From Candidatus Aenigmatarchaeota archaeon (GTDB lineage Archaea > Aenigmatarchaeota > Aenigmatarchaeia > Aenigmatarchaeales > Aenigmatarchaeaceae), in assembly GCA_016933455.1 (NCBI GenBank), contig JAFGAZ010000015.1, positions 11,583 to 75,582 on the forward strand: 64,000 nt of DNA, in the 5' to 3' direction. The translations under genes were made by a program, and so were the position numbers. Below, piece by piece: positions 26,985 through 36,600 of the stretch; position 1 is the first letter of the stretch, and each line of letters starts with the position of its first letter. The notes under the pieces are model-generated. The model did no database searches. It was not told the origin of the DNA and was given only the letters and a program-made list of their open reading frames with translations.

Positions 26985-27377
26985 TCAGGTGAATTCTGTT
27001 AGCCTTGTTTCGCCAAAGAACTTCATCTTGGCTGCGTTCATTGTTCCTGAAATTCCAAGCACCTTGAACACGACTCTTGCATCCCCTATTCTTTGTATGA
27101 GAGCTAGAGAAGCTCTTATCTTCTCAACGCTGTCATGCGAGCACCTGATAAGGCCTGTTTGAGTTTCCTCGTTGTATGTGTCCCTTGCAATCCACATGTC
27201 TGTTTCAGATGTTCCGTGCTCTCCGAGGAAGTTTAGAACAGAATGCCATATCGTGTTTGTTATATCGGCAAGAAGAACCTTCTCTTCTGAAATTACCTGG
27301 TAGGCAATGTATCTTCTCCTGCTTCTCAAAGTTGATGGCAGCGGCTTTGGCTTTTTCTCGTCAATGAAATCATTCAA
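26985..27377 (-). CDS. rnp2: RNase P protein component Pop5 (Rnp2)
   Basis: 130 aa. Has LRSRRRYIAYQVISE, which fits the RxRYIxF pattern, and the canonical position between rnp3 and psmA. Confidence 0.7.
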   Translation of the reverse strand: MNDFIDEKKPKPLPSTLRSRRRYIAYQVISEEKVLLADITNTIWHSVLNFLGEHGTSETDMWIARDTYNEETQTGLIRCSHDSVEKIRASLALIQRIGDARVVFKVLGISGTMNAAKMKFFGETRLTEFT

Positions 27378-28098
27378 CTATCTCAACTCCCTCTGTTATT
27401 TTCTTGCCTTCCATTGTCTTTTGGTTTTCCGAAACCATCTGCTGCGGAACTGTTGTCACTCCTAGAAACGCCTTGCCTAGTTCCAGGCCTAGAATATTGG
27501 CAATAGACACAAGTTCTCTTGGCGCCCTCATGTCCCAAACGCTTTTTGCACCCGAGCATATTATGACAGGTGTTCTGAAATGGTTTGCCAAGTTCATGTT
27601 CTTTCCTATGTGGTTTAGAACGTATGACCTTTGCTTTCTAAAAGAATCAAGTATCTGGCGGAAGTTTATTTCGATGGCAACATTGTTTCTTGCTGCGGCC
27701 TGCATGCATATGTCGTCAAGACCGTTGTCTATTCTGTTTAGTTCAGGATGCGCAAGCACGTCAACTCTTGGGTCTTCGCATGCGGCCCGATTTATCTGGT
27801 ACTTGCCGCCTGAAACAATCACAACGTTTACCTTGTCTCTAACCTTTGTTATCTTGTCCTTTAGGTCTGAGACGTTTTCAGCGCTTATCAGAGCGCCTGT
27901 GTATAATTCCAAGTCTGTTTTTGTTTCCTTTATTTTTGCTTTTATCTCTTCCAACTTTTCATCGCTTTCATAATCATCGCATATTGCTATGCCGCTGTAG
28001 CCCAATCTCTCCGCAAATCTTACAATTTCCTCAAGCGTGTTTTCCCCGTCGGAAAGCTTTGTCTTTATGTACAGGTCGTAAAACTTCATTGTTTTCAC
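27370..28098 (-). CDS. rnp3: RNase P protein component Rpp30 (Rnp3), TIM-barrel/PHP-like
   Basis: 242 aa with an MKFYDL start. It overlaps the Pop5 gene by 8 nt. The call rests on family pattern and synteny. Confidence 0.7.
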   Translation of the reverse strand: MKTMKFYDLYIKTKLSDGENTLEEIVRFAERLGYSGIAICDDYESDEKLEEIKAKIKETKTDLELYTGALISAENVSDLKDKITKVRDKVNVVIVSGGKYQINRAACEDPRVDVLAHPELNRIDNGLDDICMQAAARNNVAIEINFRQILDSFRKQRSYVLNHIGKNMNLANHFRTPVIICSGAKSVWDMRAPRELVSIANILGLELGKAFLGVTTVPQQMVSENQKTMEGKKITEGVEIVE

Positions 28099-28198
28099 TC
28101 TTTAGTGCTAATAGAATATTGTGATATACCTTTAAAAAATCAGAATTCGGCATTAAATCATCGAGTACCTAAAATGACGAAATTGTAAGAAAAGAAAG

Positions 28199-28603
28199 CT
28201 AATCGAATTTAATGTCATATGATTCTCTGATAATATCGTAGTATTCTGGATTTTCCATCAAAAAAGTTTCAGGGTTGCCTTCATGCGTGCCATTTCTGAT
28301 TTTGTTCGCTTCCTCTATTATGTCTGTTGGGCTGCAACCAGGCCTCCATGAATATGTTCTTGTGCCTTGGAGAACGTCGAGACATGCCATCACACCGCTT
28401 GTGTTTATTGCCTTTCCTAGAAATGTGGCGAATTCGCTTTCGTTCTTTCCCAGTTGGGAAAAATCGCCTTTTTTTATCATAACATTATATACAGCTCTGA
28501 AGAATCTTGTCTTTCCACTGTCGTCAAACCTTGTAAGAGCTTCATAATGCGGCAATGCTTTTAGTTGTTCAAATGCAGAAACATCCTTGACTATGCTGTT
28601 CAT
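28199..28603 (-). CDS. hypothetical protein (134 aa) inserted between rpl15e and rnp3
   Basis: ORF only; no motif recognised. Confidence 0.5.
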   Translation of the reverse strand: MNSIVKDVSAFEQLKALPHYEALTRFDDSGKTRFFRAVYNVMIKKGDFSQLGKNESEFATFLGKAINTSGVMACLDVLQGTRTYSWRPGCSPTDIIEEANKIRNGTHEGNPETFLMENPEYYDIIRESYDIKFD

Positions 28604-28631
28604 GCTAAACTTTAGTACCTAAAAGAATAAA

Positions 28632-29177
28632 TTACTGCTTCTTGCCAGGTTTGTTTCTTCTCTCAAAGCCACGCATTAGAGCCCTTGACTTTTTGCCAGA
28701 TGATGTAAGACCTCTATATGATCTGCCCTTTGTCTCGCACACCCAGTTTAGCTTCTTGTCTTTCTTTATGCACGGGTGCTGCGGGTCGACTAGAATTACC
28801 TCGAACCACTTTTTCTTGCCGTCCTCTGCAACATAGTAGGAATTTAGAACCTCCATGTTTGGGAACTTTTTGTTGACCCTCATTTCGGCAATGTGCTGGG
28901 CGTTCATCTTGGGGTTCATTTGCGTTTGTCCTGCGTGGATTGGCTTTCTGCCTCCGGACATTTTTTCTCTTTTAGAAGAACCCTTGCCTATCTTGACTCT
29001 TGCAACAACAAAGCCCTGCTTGGCCTTGTAGCCTAGAGCATGAGCCCTGTCAAGCCTTGTCGGCCTTTCCAGCTTTAGGATAACAGGCTCCTTTCTCCAA
29101 GAAATAAGTCTTTCCTTGATTATCTCTTTCTGCTGTGGACTTTTCCATAGTTGCTTCATGTATTTTTGATATCCCAT
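28632..29177 (-). CDS. rpl15e: 50S ribosomal protein L15e
   Basis: Has MGYQKYMKQLWKSPQQ...RLDRAHALGYKAKQGFVVARVKIGKG, typical of L15e. Length is 181 aa. Confidence 0.92.
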   Translation of the reverse strand: MGYQKYMKQLWKSPQQKEIIKERLISWRKEPVILKLERPTRLDRAHALGYKAKQGFVVARVKIGKGSSKREKMSGGRKPIHAGQTQMNPKMNAQHIAEMRVNKKFPNMEVLNSYYVAEDGKKKWFEVILVDPQHPCIKKDKKLNWVCETKGRSYRGLTSSGKKSRALMRGFERRNKPGKKQ

Positions 29178-29326
29178 CTCACATCACCTTTCGGTTTCAA
29201 GTTATTACTAGAATAGATTAGGTCAAAGGTTTTTATAGCTTATGGTTGTTTGGTATTGTAAATTTAAAGCGTTTTTTTTCGAAAGTTTTTTATATCATTA
29301 TCTCTATAAGGACAGTAGGTGAAACA

Positions 29327-29548
29327 ATGGGTCTAGGAAAAATACTAATAGGATTGATTTTCGTTATAATTGGCGTTTGGGCAATAATGCCCATTTCCTG
29401 GAACGGCCTTGGACTATGGGGAGCTTTTTGGACCGTTATCAAGGGAGTTGTGCCGATTTTTCTGGTTTTCATTGGCGTGATACTTGTCTGGATTGAGGCA
29501 GAAGAGATGAAGATCACCAAGCCAAAGAGAAGCAGAAGACGAAGGTAA
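29327..29548 (+). CDS. small membrane protein (73 aa, two TM segments, basic tail KPKRSRRRR)
   Basis: The ATG at 29327 is preceded by aGGTGAaac. The track ORF begins at an upstream TTG. Confidence 0.5.
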   Translation: MGLGKILIGLIFVIIGVWAIMPISWNGLGLWGAFWTVIKGVVPIFLVFIGVILVWIEAEEMKITKPKRSRRRR

Positions 29549-29624
29549 AAACTTTTTTAAAATATTTTTTATTTTCAATTAATTTTTTCTTAATTATTTA
29601 AGGCGGCTTTGCAAAGCTATTATT

Positions 29625-30098
29625 ATGAAAAAGGCCGTAAATACTGGTCTAAGCTTTGGCCTTACTTCTGGAATAATAACCACGCTCGGCCTTATGGTGG
29701 GGTTGCATGGCAGCACTGGTTCTTCCATGGTTGTAATAGGGGGCATACTTACCATTGCCATTGCTGACGCCTTTTCTGATGCTCTTGGAATCCACATATG
29801 CCAGGAATCTGTCAATCAAAACACGCGGGAAGTTTGGGAATCCACGATATCAACTTTTTTGTCCAAGTTCTTTTTCGCCCTAACGTTCACAGTTCCTGTT
29901 ATTTTCTTTGACATAACAACTGCGCTAATTATGAGCGTTGCATGGGGACTTTTGCTAATAGGTGCTGTTAGCTTTATCATAGCCAGAAAAAGAAAGGAAG
30001 CTGCATGGAAGGTCATATGCGAGCACCTTTTGATAGCACTGCTTGTCATAGCTATAACGCATTTCGTGGGTTTGTGGATAGCTGCTGTTTTTGTCTAG
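29625..30098 (+). CDS. VIT1/CCC1-family-like membrane protein (C-terminal membrane domain only)
   Basis: 157 aa with 4-5 TM segments. LSFGLTSGIITTLGLMVGL...AIADAFSDALG resembles the DUF125/VIT family. This is a weak call from memory. Confidence 0.45.
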   Translation: MKKAVNTGLSFGLTSGIITTLGLMVGLHGSTGSSMVVIGGILTIAIADAFSDALGIHICQESVNQNTREVWESTISTFLSKFFFALTFTVPVIFFDITTALIMSVAWGLLLIGAVSFIIARKRKEAAWKVICEHLLIALLVIAITHFVGLWIAAVFV

Positions 30099-30321
30099 TT
30101 CAATATGGCAAAATTTAAATTTCTAAAAATAACAATTTTTTTAGTTGATTTTATTGTATACACGCGAAGGTCTTATGAAAAAGGTCTTGAATATACTCCT
30201 GATCAATGGGAACAGGTTTCTGCTTGTTGCGAATTGTGTCTTTCAAATTGCAAACCCTTTGAAACGCGAATCAAGCCAAGACTTTTCTAAGCAATAAATA
30301 ATTCAGGGATTAATTTTTTGT

Positions 30322-31557
30322 ATGATGATTTCTTCTAATAGCAATCTTTGCGCCAGATGCAAGGGAAGGCTTTGGTGCGGCAAGCAAAGATGCCCCATAG
30401 TTTCAAAGGTATATGAGCAAAACAAGCCCAAGGTTTCAACTCGTCTCGAGGGCTCGTCTCCTCCATCCGTTTTCGTGGGAAGCTACAACTATCCCAAGGT
30501 ATTCGTGGGGCCCATGGTGCCCCAGCTGCACGGGGACACCAATTTCATGGACACGCCTGAATTGTGGTCAGAAAAATCCCTAGACGACATACTCGACTTT
30601 CGCTTCAAGCTGATACGCGGCAAGTTCCTAACAAATGTGGAGGACTTTAGCGGCAAGATAATAGAAAGGACAAGAGAGATTGCCCTTTGCGAAGAGTCGC
30701 CTGCAACAGAAATAGAGTTCAAGAACAAGCCCTCTGGCAAGGTGGGCATAAGCAACGAGATGCACCCTTTCGGCCCTTCGGCCTCGGTTGTTAATCTGGA
30801 TGTTGAGAACAAGCCCTTCAATAACAGGATTGAGAAGGCATTCTACGACACCGACTTGAAAACGGTTCCCGCAGTTTTGGACCTATACAAGAACGGTGTT
30901 TTGATATCCAAGCTGCAAAAGGCGCTTTCTGTCGGGGCTTTCGGCATAGGCAAAAAAAGAAAATTCGTGCCAACCAGGTGGAGCATAACAGCAGTGGACG
31001 ATATGGTATCCAAGAAACTTATTGAGCAGATAAGAAACTTTCCTTTGATAAACGAATACAGAATATACGAGCATGAGGCTTTGGACAATCGATGGTTTGT
31101 TTTAATGATACCGAGTGAATGGGGCTATGAGCAAATGGAGGCGTGGTACCCCAAGTCTTCATGGAACCCTTCTCAAACATTGGACATATCTTCTGGGCAT
31201 GAAAATTTCAAAGGCCTTAGGGGCTATCCTGACACTGCGGGCTGCTACTTTGCGACAAGGCTTGGCGCAACAGAACAGCTTGCCCAAGAAAGAAGGCAGG
31301 CAACTGTTATTGTTTTTAGGGAGGTTCACCCTGGATACGACATACCTGTTGGCGTTTGGCACACGCGCGAGAGCATAAGAAGTGCCGTTTGCAAAGTGCC
31401 AGAAATATTTGCTTCAATGAATGCTTCATTGGACTATCTTTCCAAGAAACTTTCCATACCCATGAAAACGTGGGTGGAGAAAAGCACTTTGCTGAGAAAG
31501 ACTATAATGCAAAGAACACTTTCCGATTTTATCAAGATTAAGCATTTTGTCAAATGA
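30322..31557 (+). CDS. archaeal Nre-family protein (putative DNA repair)
   Basis: The N-terminal Cys motif LCARCKGRLWCGKQRCP and the ~410-aa size match the Nre (DUF650/DUF651) family as I recall it. Confidence 0.6.
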   Translation: MMISSNSNLCARCKGRLWCGKQRCPIVSKVYEQNKPKVSTRLEGSSPPSVFVGSYNYPKVFVGPMVPQLHGDTNFMDTPELWSEKSLDDILDFRFKLIRGKFLTNVEDFSGKIIERTREIALCEESPATEIEFKNKPSGKVGISNEMHPFGPSASVVNLDVENKPFNNRIEKAFYDTDLKTVPAVLDLYKNGVLISKLQKALSVGAFGIGKKRKFVPTRWSITAVDDMVSKKLIEQIRNFPLINEYRIYEHEALDNRWFVLMIPSEWGYEQMEAWYPKSSWNPSQTLDISSGHENFKGLRGYPDTAGCYFATRLGATEQLAQERRQATVIVFREVHPGYDIPVGVWHTRESIRSAVCKVPEIFASMNASLDYLSKKLSIPMKTWVEKSTLLRKTIMQRTLSDFIKIKHFVK

Positions 31558-31563
31558 ATTGTC

Positions 31564-32283
31564 TTACGCTTTCTTGAAAACAACGCCTACTTTTTCAAGC
31601 CTTTCCCTAACTCCCTCGGAAATCTCTAGTTCCTCCTCCTCAAAGTCAAAGAAACTAGGGTCGATTGTTTCCAAGCGGTTTCTTAGATTCTCCAAAGAGT
31701 CCTGGTTGGAAAATGACACCATGACAGCCGGATATGCGGGCACGCCCGCCTGCTTTAGGTTCTTTAGGGCTTCTATTTGGTACTCAAAAAACCTAGGCTC
31801 AGCGCCGGTGAGCTTGGAAAACTCTGAAGGGGTTGCTCCCTTTATGCTGACCCTGACGCGCACAATGTCCTTGAATTCCGCAAGCTCCCTTGCATAGCTA
31901 AGGTCGCACCCGAGTATTATGCCGTTTGTTTCTATTATGACATCAAGCTTTGAATCTTTTAGATACTTTAGAACCTTGAGAAGATGCTGCCATCCAAGAG
32001 TTGGCTCGTTGCCTGAAAGCCTAACCTGCTTGAAGCTGTTTTCCCTGGCCATCTTGATTAGCTGGTCTGCAACGTCCTTTGGCTTGCAGAACTCGCCACA
32101 ATCTTCCGGCTTTTCTACTGTTTTCCAGGACTTGCAGAAAGCGCACCTAAGGCAGCACCCGACGCAGTCAGCTGTTGCTATGCCGCCGTATGACTTGGAT
32201 GGTTCGAAACTGTAGAACTTTTTGTCAGAGTTTCTGCACACAATGCTTTCGGTTTCCTTGGCTAGCTCCACTGGATTGAACAT
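31564..32283 (-). CDS. radical SAM domain protein
   Basis: Has a CxxxCxxC cluster within DCVGCCLRCAFCKSW, and SGNEPTL as the glycine-rich SAM motif. The start was moved to MFNPVEL (32283). Confidence 0.7.
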   Translation of the reverse strand: MFNPVELAKETESIVCRNSDKKFYSFEPSKSYGGIATADCVGCCLRCAFCKSWKTVEKPEDCGEFCKPKDVADQLIKMARENSFKQVRLSGNEPTLGWQHLLKVLKYLKDSKLDVIIETNGIILGCDLSYARELAEFKDIVRVRVSIKGATPSEFSKLTGAEPRFFEYQIEALKNLKQAGVPAYPAVMVSFSNQDSLENLRNRLETIDPSFFDFEEEELEISEGVRERLEKVGVVFKKA

Positions 32284-32324
32284 ATTATTAATACGGGGCA
32301 TTAAAATATAATCTAGGTGAAAAT

Positions 32325-32990
32325 ATGAAAAAACTAATTGTAATGACAATGCTGTTTCTTATGCTAAGCACAGTGACTGTCCTTGCAGCGCAAGAGCAGG
32401 TCGGTGTTACGGCAACGGCTACAGCAAAAAAAATATCAGCTTCTCCTGGCAGGATAACTGCTGCGCAGAAGAACCAGTTCAAGCAGACCCTAAGAAACTA
32501 TTTCTCAACAGCAAACCACGGCTACGGCATAGGCTTTACGGAAGATAACTACATAACAGCCAAGTGGTACATAAGCAATGTCAAGATAATTGACAGAGCC
32601 CAGGTAAACCAGATGGTTATGGAAGCCAAGCATAATGACGAGACCGACTGGGACGCTGTTCGGGAAAGGGTAAGAGAGGCCCTTGGTTCTGAGACGGCCA
32701 CTGTAAAGAAAGGCAGGATAAGGATATCTAAAACAGACTATGCCCTAACAAGCATAATTGTTTCCGAATCAGCAGTAACAGCAGACATTAGCGAATTGCC
32801 GGACTATGTTGCATGCGACGAGGCAGAGCTTTCAGCAGAGGAATGCGAAACCAATGCAGAGAAGGTCGGAGAGCTTTCGATAACAAGAAAAGCCAGCACA
32901 AGCGATGCGAACGAGCCGAATGTGTGGGCAGGAACACTGACATTAAGCGATATCGTGTACACTTTTGTAACGTTCGCTTACCCTAGGTGA
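32325..32990 (+). CDS. secreted hypothetical protein (221 aa)
   Basis: Signal peptide MKKLIVMTMLFLMLSTVTVLAAQ. No known domain recognised. Confidence 0.55.
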   Translation: MKKLIVMTMLFLMLSTVTVLAAQEQVGVTATATAKKISASPGRITAAQKNQFKQTLRNYFSTANHGYGIGFTEDNYITAKWYISNVKIIDRAQVNQMVMEAKHNDETDWDAVRERVREALGSETATVKKGRIRISKTDYALTSIIVSESAVTADISELPDYVACDEAELSAEECETNAEKVGELSITRKASTSDANEPNVWAGTLTLSDIVYTFVTFAYPR

Positions 32991-32994
32991 TTGC

Positions 32995-33285
32995 ATGAGA
33001 ATGACAATAATTGCAGCAGCCATTTTGATTGTAATAGCAGCTGTGGCAATACTCATGCTGCCAATTCCCGTTAGTCGAGACACTGGCGGCAACGAGCAGG
33101 AGGTCACCGTAGAGGACAGTGTGCAGGTCGAGCAGACAACAGTCGACGAGGAGTATGTTTTGGAAGATTTGTACACCGACATGCTAAGCGACGAGCTTGA
33201 GGCTATGGACACAGAACAAATGGACTATAACGAGGAAATGCAAGACACCATGGCAGAAGACCTAAGCCAGTTCTACTATGATTGA
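32995..33285 (+). CDS. membrane-anchored, strongly acidic small protein (96 aa)
   Basis: One N-terminal TM segment (IIAAAILIVIAAVAILMLPI) is followed by a D/E-rich tail. It starts 4 nt after the preceding ORF. Confidence 0.5.
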   Translation: MRMTIIAAAILIVIAAVAILMLPIPVSRDTGGNEQEVTVEDSVQVEQTTVDEEYVLEDLYTDMLSDELEAMDTEQMDYNEEMQDTMAEDLSQFYYD

Positions 33286-33295
33286 AAAACCATTC

Positions 33296-33315
33296 CCTTT
33301 CTTTTTATTTTTATT
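33296..33315 (+). terminator. oligo-T archaeal terminator candidate
   Basis: The run tttctttttatttttatt lies directly after the stop at 33285. Confidence 0.4.
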
Positions 33316-33344
33316 AAAATTTCTTAGAAATCATTAGAAAAAAA

Positions 33345-33476
33345 TCAACACAACATCTCAAGCCTTCTGACAGCGTCTCTTACTGCCTCGGACCTGTTGG
33401 GATATATGCCGTTGTCTATCAGGACATCTATTTTTTGGATCAATTCTCTTGTTAAACGTATCTGTATTGGGTGCAA
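33345..33476 (-). CDS. candidate 43-aa ribbon-helix-helix (CopG/Arc-like) DNA-binding protein, putative TTG start
   Basis: Manual translation gives (M)HPIQIRLTRELIQKIDVLIDNGIYPNRSEAVRDAVRRLEMLC*. This is a complete beta-strand plus two-helix RHH pattern. There is no ATG: an in-frame TAA lies 5 codons upstream of the TTG. It is not in the ORF track, and the promoter geometry is unconvincing. Confidence 0.35.
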   Translation of the reverse strand: MHPIQIRLTRELIQKIDVLIDNGIYPNRSEAVRDAVRRLEMLC

Positions 33477-33654
33477 ATTACCACTGTCTATTTATTTAGA
33501 GCAAAAAGATTTAAGCTTGTTTTGAGATAATACGACAAGAAATAGACATGTGTAGTTTTTGCGTAATGTCAAAAAAGAATATATAGTTTCAAGTACCATT
33601 AATGTTGTGTGTTTTCTAAAAATACAACAAAAAAATTCTGTGAGAGGTGAGTAA

Positions 33655-36600
33655 ATGAAGTTATTCGGTAATAGGTTAAAAGGTAGTTCTGGTGTCGCTA
33701 TCGGCGCCATGGTCGTACTCACACTCGCTTTCATAGTTGCTAGCGTGAGCTATATGATGCCTGTTTTGGCTGCTCATGACGCTTTAGTTACCATCACACC
33801 AAATAAAGCAAGCTGTAGTGATTTGCCCAGTACATTCAATGTTAATGTAGAAAATGTCGGTAATGGTGGTTATGGAATTTATAATGTAAAAATATACAAG
33901 GCAATGACTAACATCGTTTCGTTAACATGTGGCCCTGCTCCTTCTGGATGGACATTGGTTGGAGGCGGTCTCCAATTTGGTTCATATTGTGAATATACAA
34001 CTGACCCATACATTGGTGGCGTGATTGATTATGGGGAGGAATTAGACTTTACTTTTGATGCGGTTATAGACCAAGACAATTGTCAAAGCACTTTTAGGGT
34101 AACAACCTTGGATAATCAAGCAATTGTTACTGGTAGCGGTCAGGGAGAAGAAGAGAATCATGACAAGGTGTTAAATGTAGATTGTACACCGCCTGTAATA
34201 GAAAAACAGATAACTTCTGGTACATTTGATGAAAGAGATGGTGTTTGCCCTCCCGGACTACAGGAAGAGGGAGATGTTTGCTGGATGACGCAAGGAACAA
34301 TACATGTCACTGCAACCGATTCTAGCTGCAACGACGAATGTAACTTGGGTCTTGCTTATTGTGAATGGGACTATACTGTTGACGGTGTCCCAGAAGACAG
34401 CGGTAACGAAACCGCAAATACATGCGTTGAAGGATGGGACATTGTCTTTGATGAGGATTCTGAACATATTTTGACAATAACTTGTTATGACGTTGTTGGA
34501 AACAGTGTTGAAGATGTTGAAACATTCAAAGTGGATGACACTCCGCCTACAACAACAAAAGACATAGAGCCGGATGAATATGTTAGAGACGGTGCAGAAT
34601 ATATCGATACTGTGAATGAAATAACATTTACAAATCCTGACGGCGGAGATATATGCGCAATCGGTACGGACAAGACATGGTACAAGAATGTAGTTTATAC
34701 AGAAGAAGTTTTGAGGACAATAAATAATGACGGTCCTCACGGTTATGACTATTGTTATCAGCCAGATATGTATTGTAATGGAGCATATTTGGGAACTACA
34801 ACACCATATGAGAGTGGTGTAGAATGCATAAACGAAGCGCAGGAACATTGCAACGATAACGTTGTGGAAGGTTGCGACGGTTTGGACTGTCAAAGATGGG
34901 AAGCCGATGGATATGACAATTGGGAGAGGTGTGTTGAATCTTATGTATATGGAAATTGTAATGTAGATTCATCATGGAAACTATACGACGGAACCCCAAT
35001 AACAAAAGACCAGGAATCATGCCACGTACTTTATTACTTTAGTATCGATGAGCTAGGAAATGTTGAAGACATGCAGTACAACTGCTTCTTTGTTGACAAG
35101 ACACCGCCAGAATTATCAAAAGAAGTGGGCGATCCAAAACTACAATTTTGTGACATGACAGAAGAGCCTGAAGTATTAACAGAGGCCGATTTGTCCAATG
35201 ATGTGTTTGGAGTTACAGTAACAAAGTCATCCGACGGTACTAAAGTAAAGTGGGTTGTTGATTTTGACGAAACAGATATGGAAGGTCATACGGCTACAGG
35301 AGCTCAGGTTATGATAGCCAGTGAATCAGTTCCTCTATTCAATATAGGTATGATGCAAGATGGGGGCAATTGGTTTGCAGGATACAAGCCTTATGATGGA
35401 AGTTGGGGTGCTGCTACGAATGTTCTTCCAGATGGAATGACTGTAACAGGAAGTCCTAATTCGGAGTACTATGAGATAGAGATTCCTATTGAATCTCTAC
35501 CATGCCCTTATTATTGGGCAATAAATGTAGAAGCAACATGTCCAGGATGTGACGGATTCCCCGGTTCATCTTCGGCACAACAAAACTATCCAGAAGACTG
35601 GTCAAGATGGACAGCTGTAAACACAGCTTTGGGTCCACAAACAAACAATTTCTGGGTAACAGATGAGACGGACATAACATTTACTTGTAGAGATCCAGAA
35701 CCACACCCGTCCGGAGACGAGGAAGTATGCTTTAAGGTTTCGTACGACATGGAACAAGACGGATACAATACAGATGTTTATTGTGCCAAGTATAGTGGAA
35801 CGATGGAAGGAGACTGGTGTTGCATTGATTCTACACCACAAACACCTTTTGTTTTCAATTTCAATGCAGAGGAATATTCTTTGCATGACTTGGAATACTA
35901 TTGTAGAGATGCTGTTGGAAAAGAAAGCGAGCCGAAAATACAATACTACAAGGTCTATGCAGTGCCCGAGGTTTCAAAGGAAATGGCCGACGATGCTGTG
36001 TATATAGGAGACTGCCTGCCTGGCACAGAGCCAAGCGACGACGAATGTTATGTCAAATCCGGAAATGTCGTAGAAATAACATTCAGCGAGCCTCAAGCAA
36101 ACGGATGCTTGTTGCCAATCGAATGTACTTATGAGGTGAAATATCAAAACGAGATTGTAGACTTTGGCGATTTCAATGACGATATCACAATACCAATGTC
36201 AGGTGACTGTGAGCACATTCTTACAATAGAATGTGTAGATGCTATTGGTAATACAGCTTTCCATGATGTGGAAACATTCGAAGTGGATGAGACCCCGCCA
36301 GAGACAACAAAAACATACGGAGATCCGACTGTTGTTGACGGTGATTATAGATGGATTACTTCAGCTACGCCAATAACACTGACTTCAGAAGATGAAAAGG
36401 TTGGTGTCGATGGTATCTATTACACATACGAATGGGTTTCTGATGAAATGTGCGAAGCACATCCAGAGAATTCAAAGACAGACGAATACCAGTATCTACC
36501 ATCGTCTGGAAATTACGTGTTCCCTTCGACCAATGAAGATAACAAGAACGGGGAAAACGTCTACAGACCAGGAGTTATAGGACCTCATGTGAACTTGGTC

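Noticed and set aside
23372-28124. Many long plus-strand ORFs, including 23696-24037, 24069-24635, 24814-25104, 25559-26188 and 27404-27973, lying antisense to the exosome/proteasome/RNase P genes
   Set aside because: The minus strand encodes strongly recognisable conserved proteins across the whole interval. The antisense translations are Ser/Leu/Phe-rich, have no motifs, and are typical shadow ORFs.
30105-30290. 61-aa ORF in the 223-nt spacer before the Nre gene, with short inverted repeats such as TTTCAAA...TTTGAAA
   Set aside because: It has no SD or TATA geometry, an odd composition and no motif. The stems are short (6-7 bp). It may hold a promoter or a small RNA, but I cannot support either.
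33492-33734. 80-aa minus-strand ORF spanning the promoter and start of the 1557-aa gene
   Set aside because: It overlaps the signal-peptide coding region and the SD of the giant gene. It has no motif, and it would leave no room for the giant gene's promoter.
34258-34893. 211-aa minus-strand ORF, and other antisense ORFs, inside the giant genes at 14598-20594, 33655-38328 and 41856-45014
   Set aside because: These are shadow ORFs of very long, repeat-bearing coding regions. The repeated Cys/Asp motifs make sense only in the plus-strand frames.
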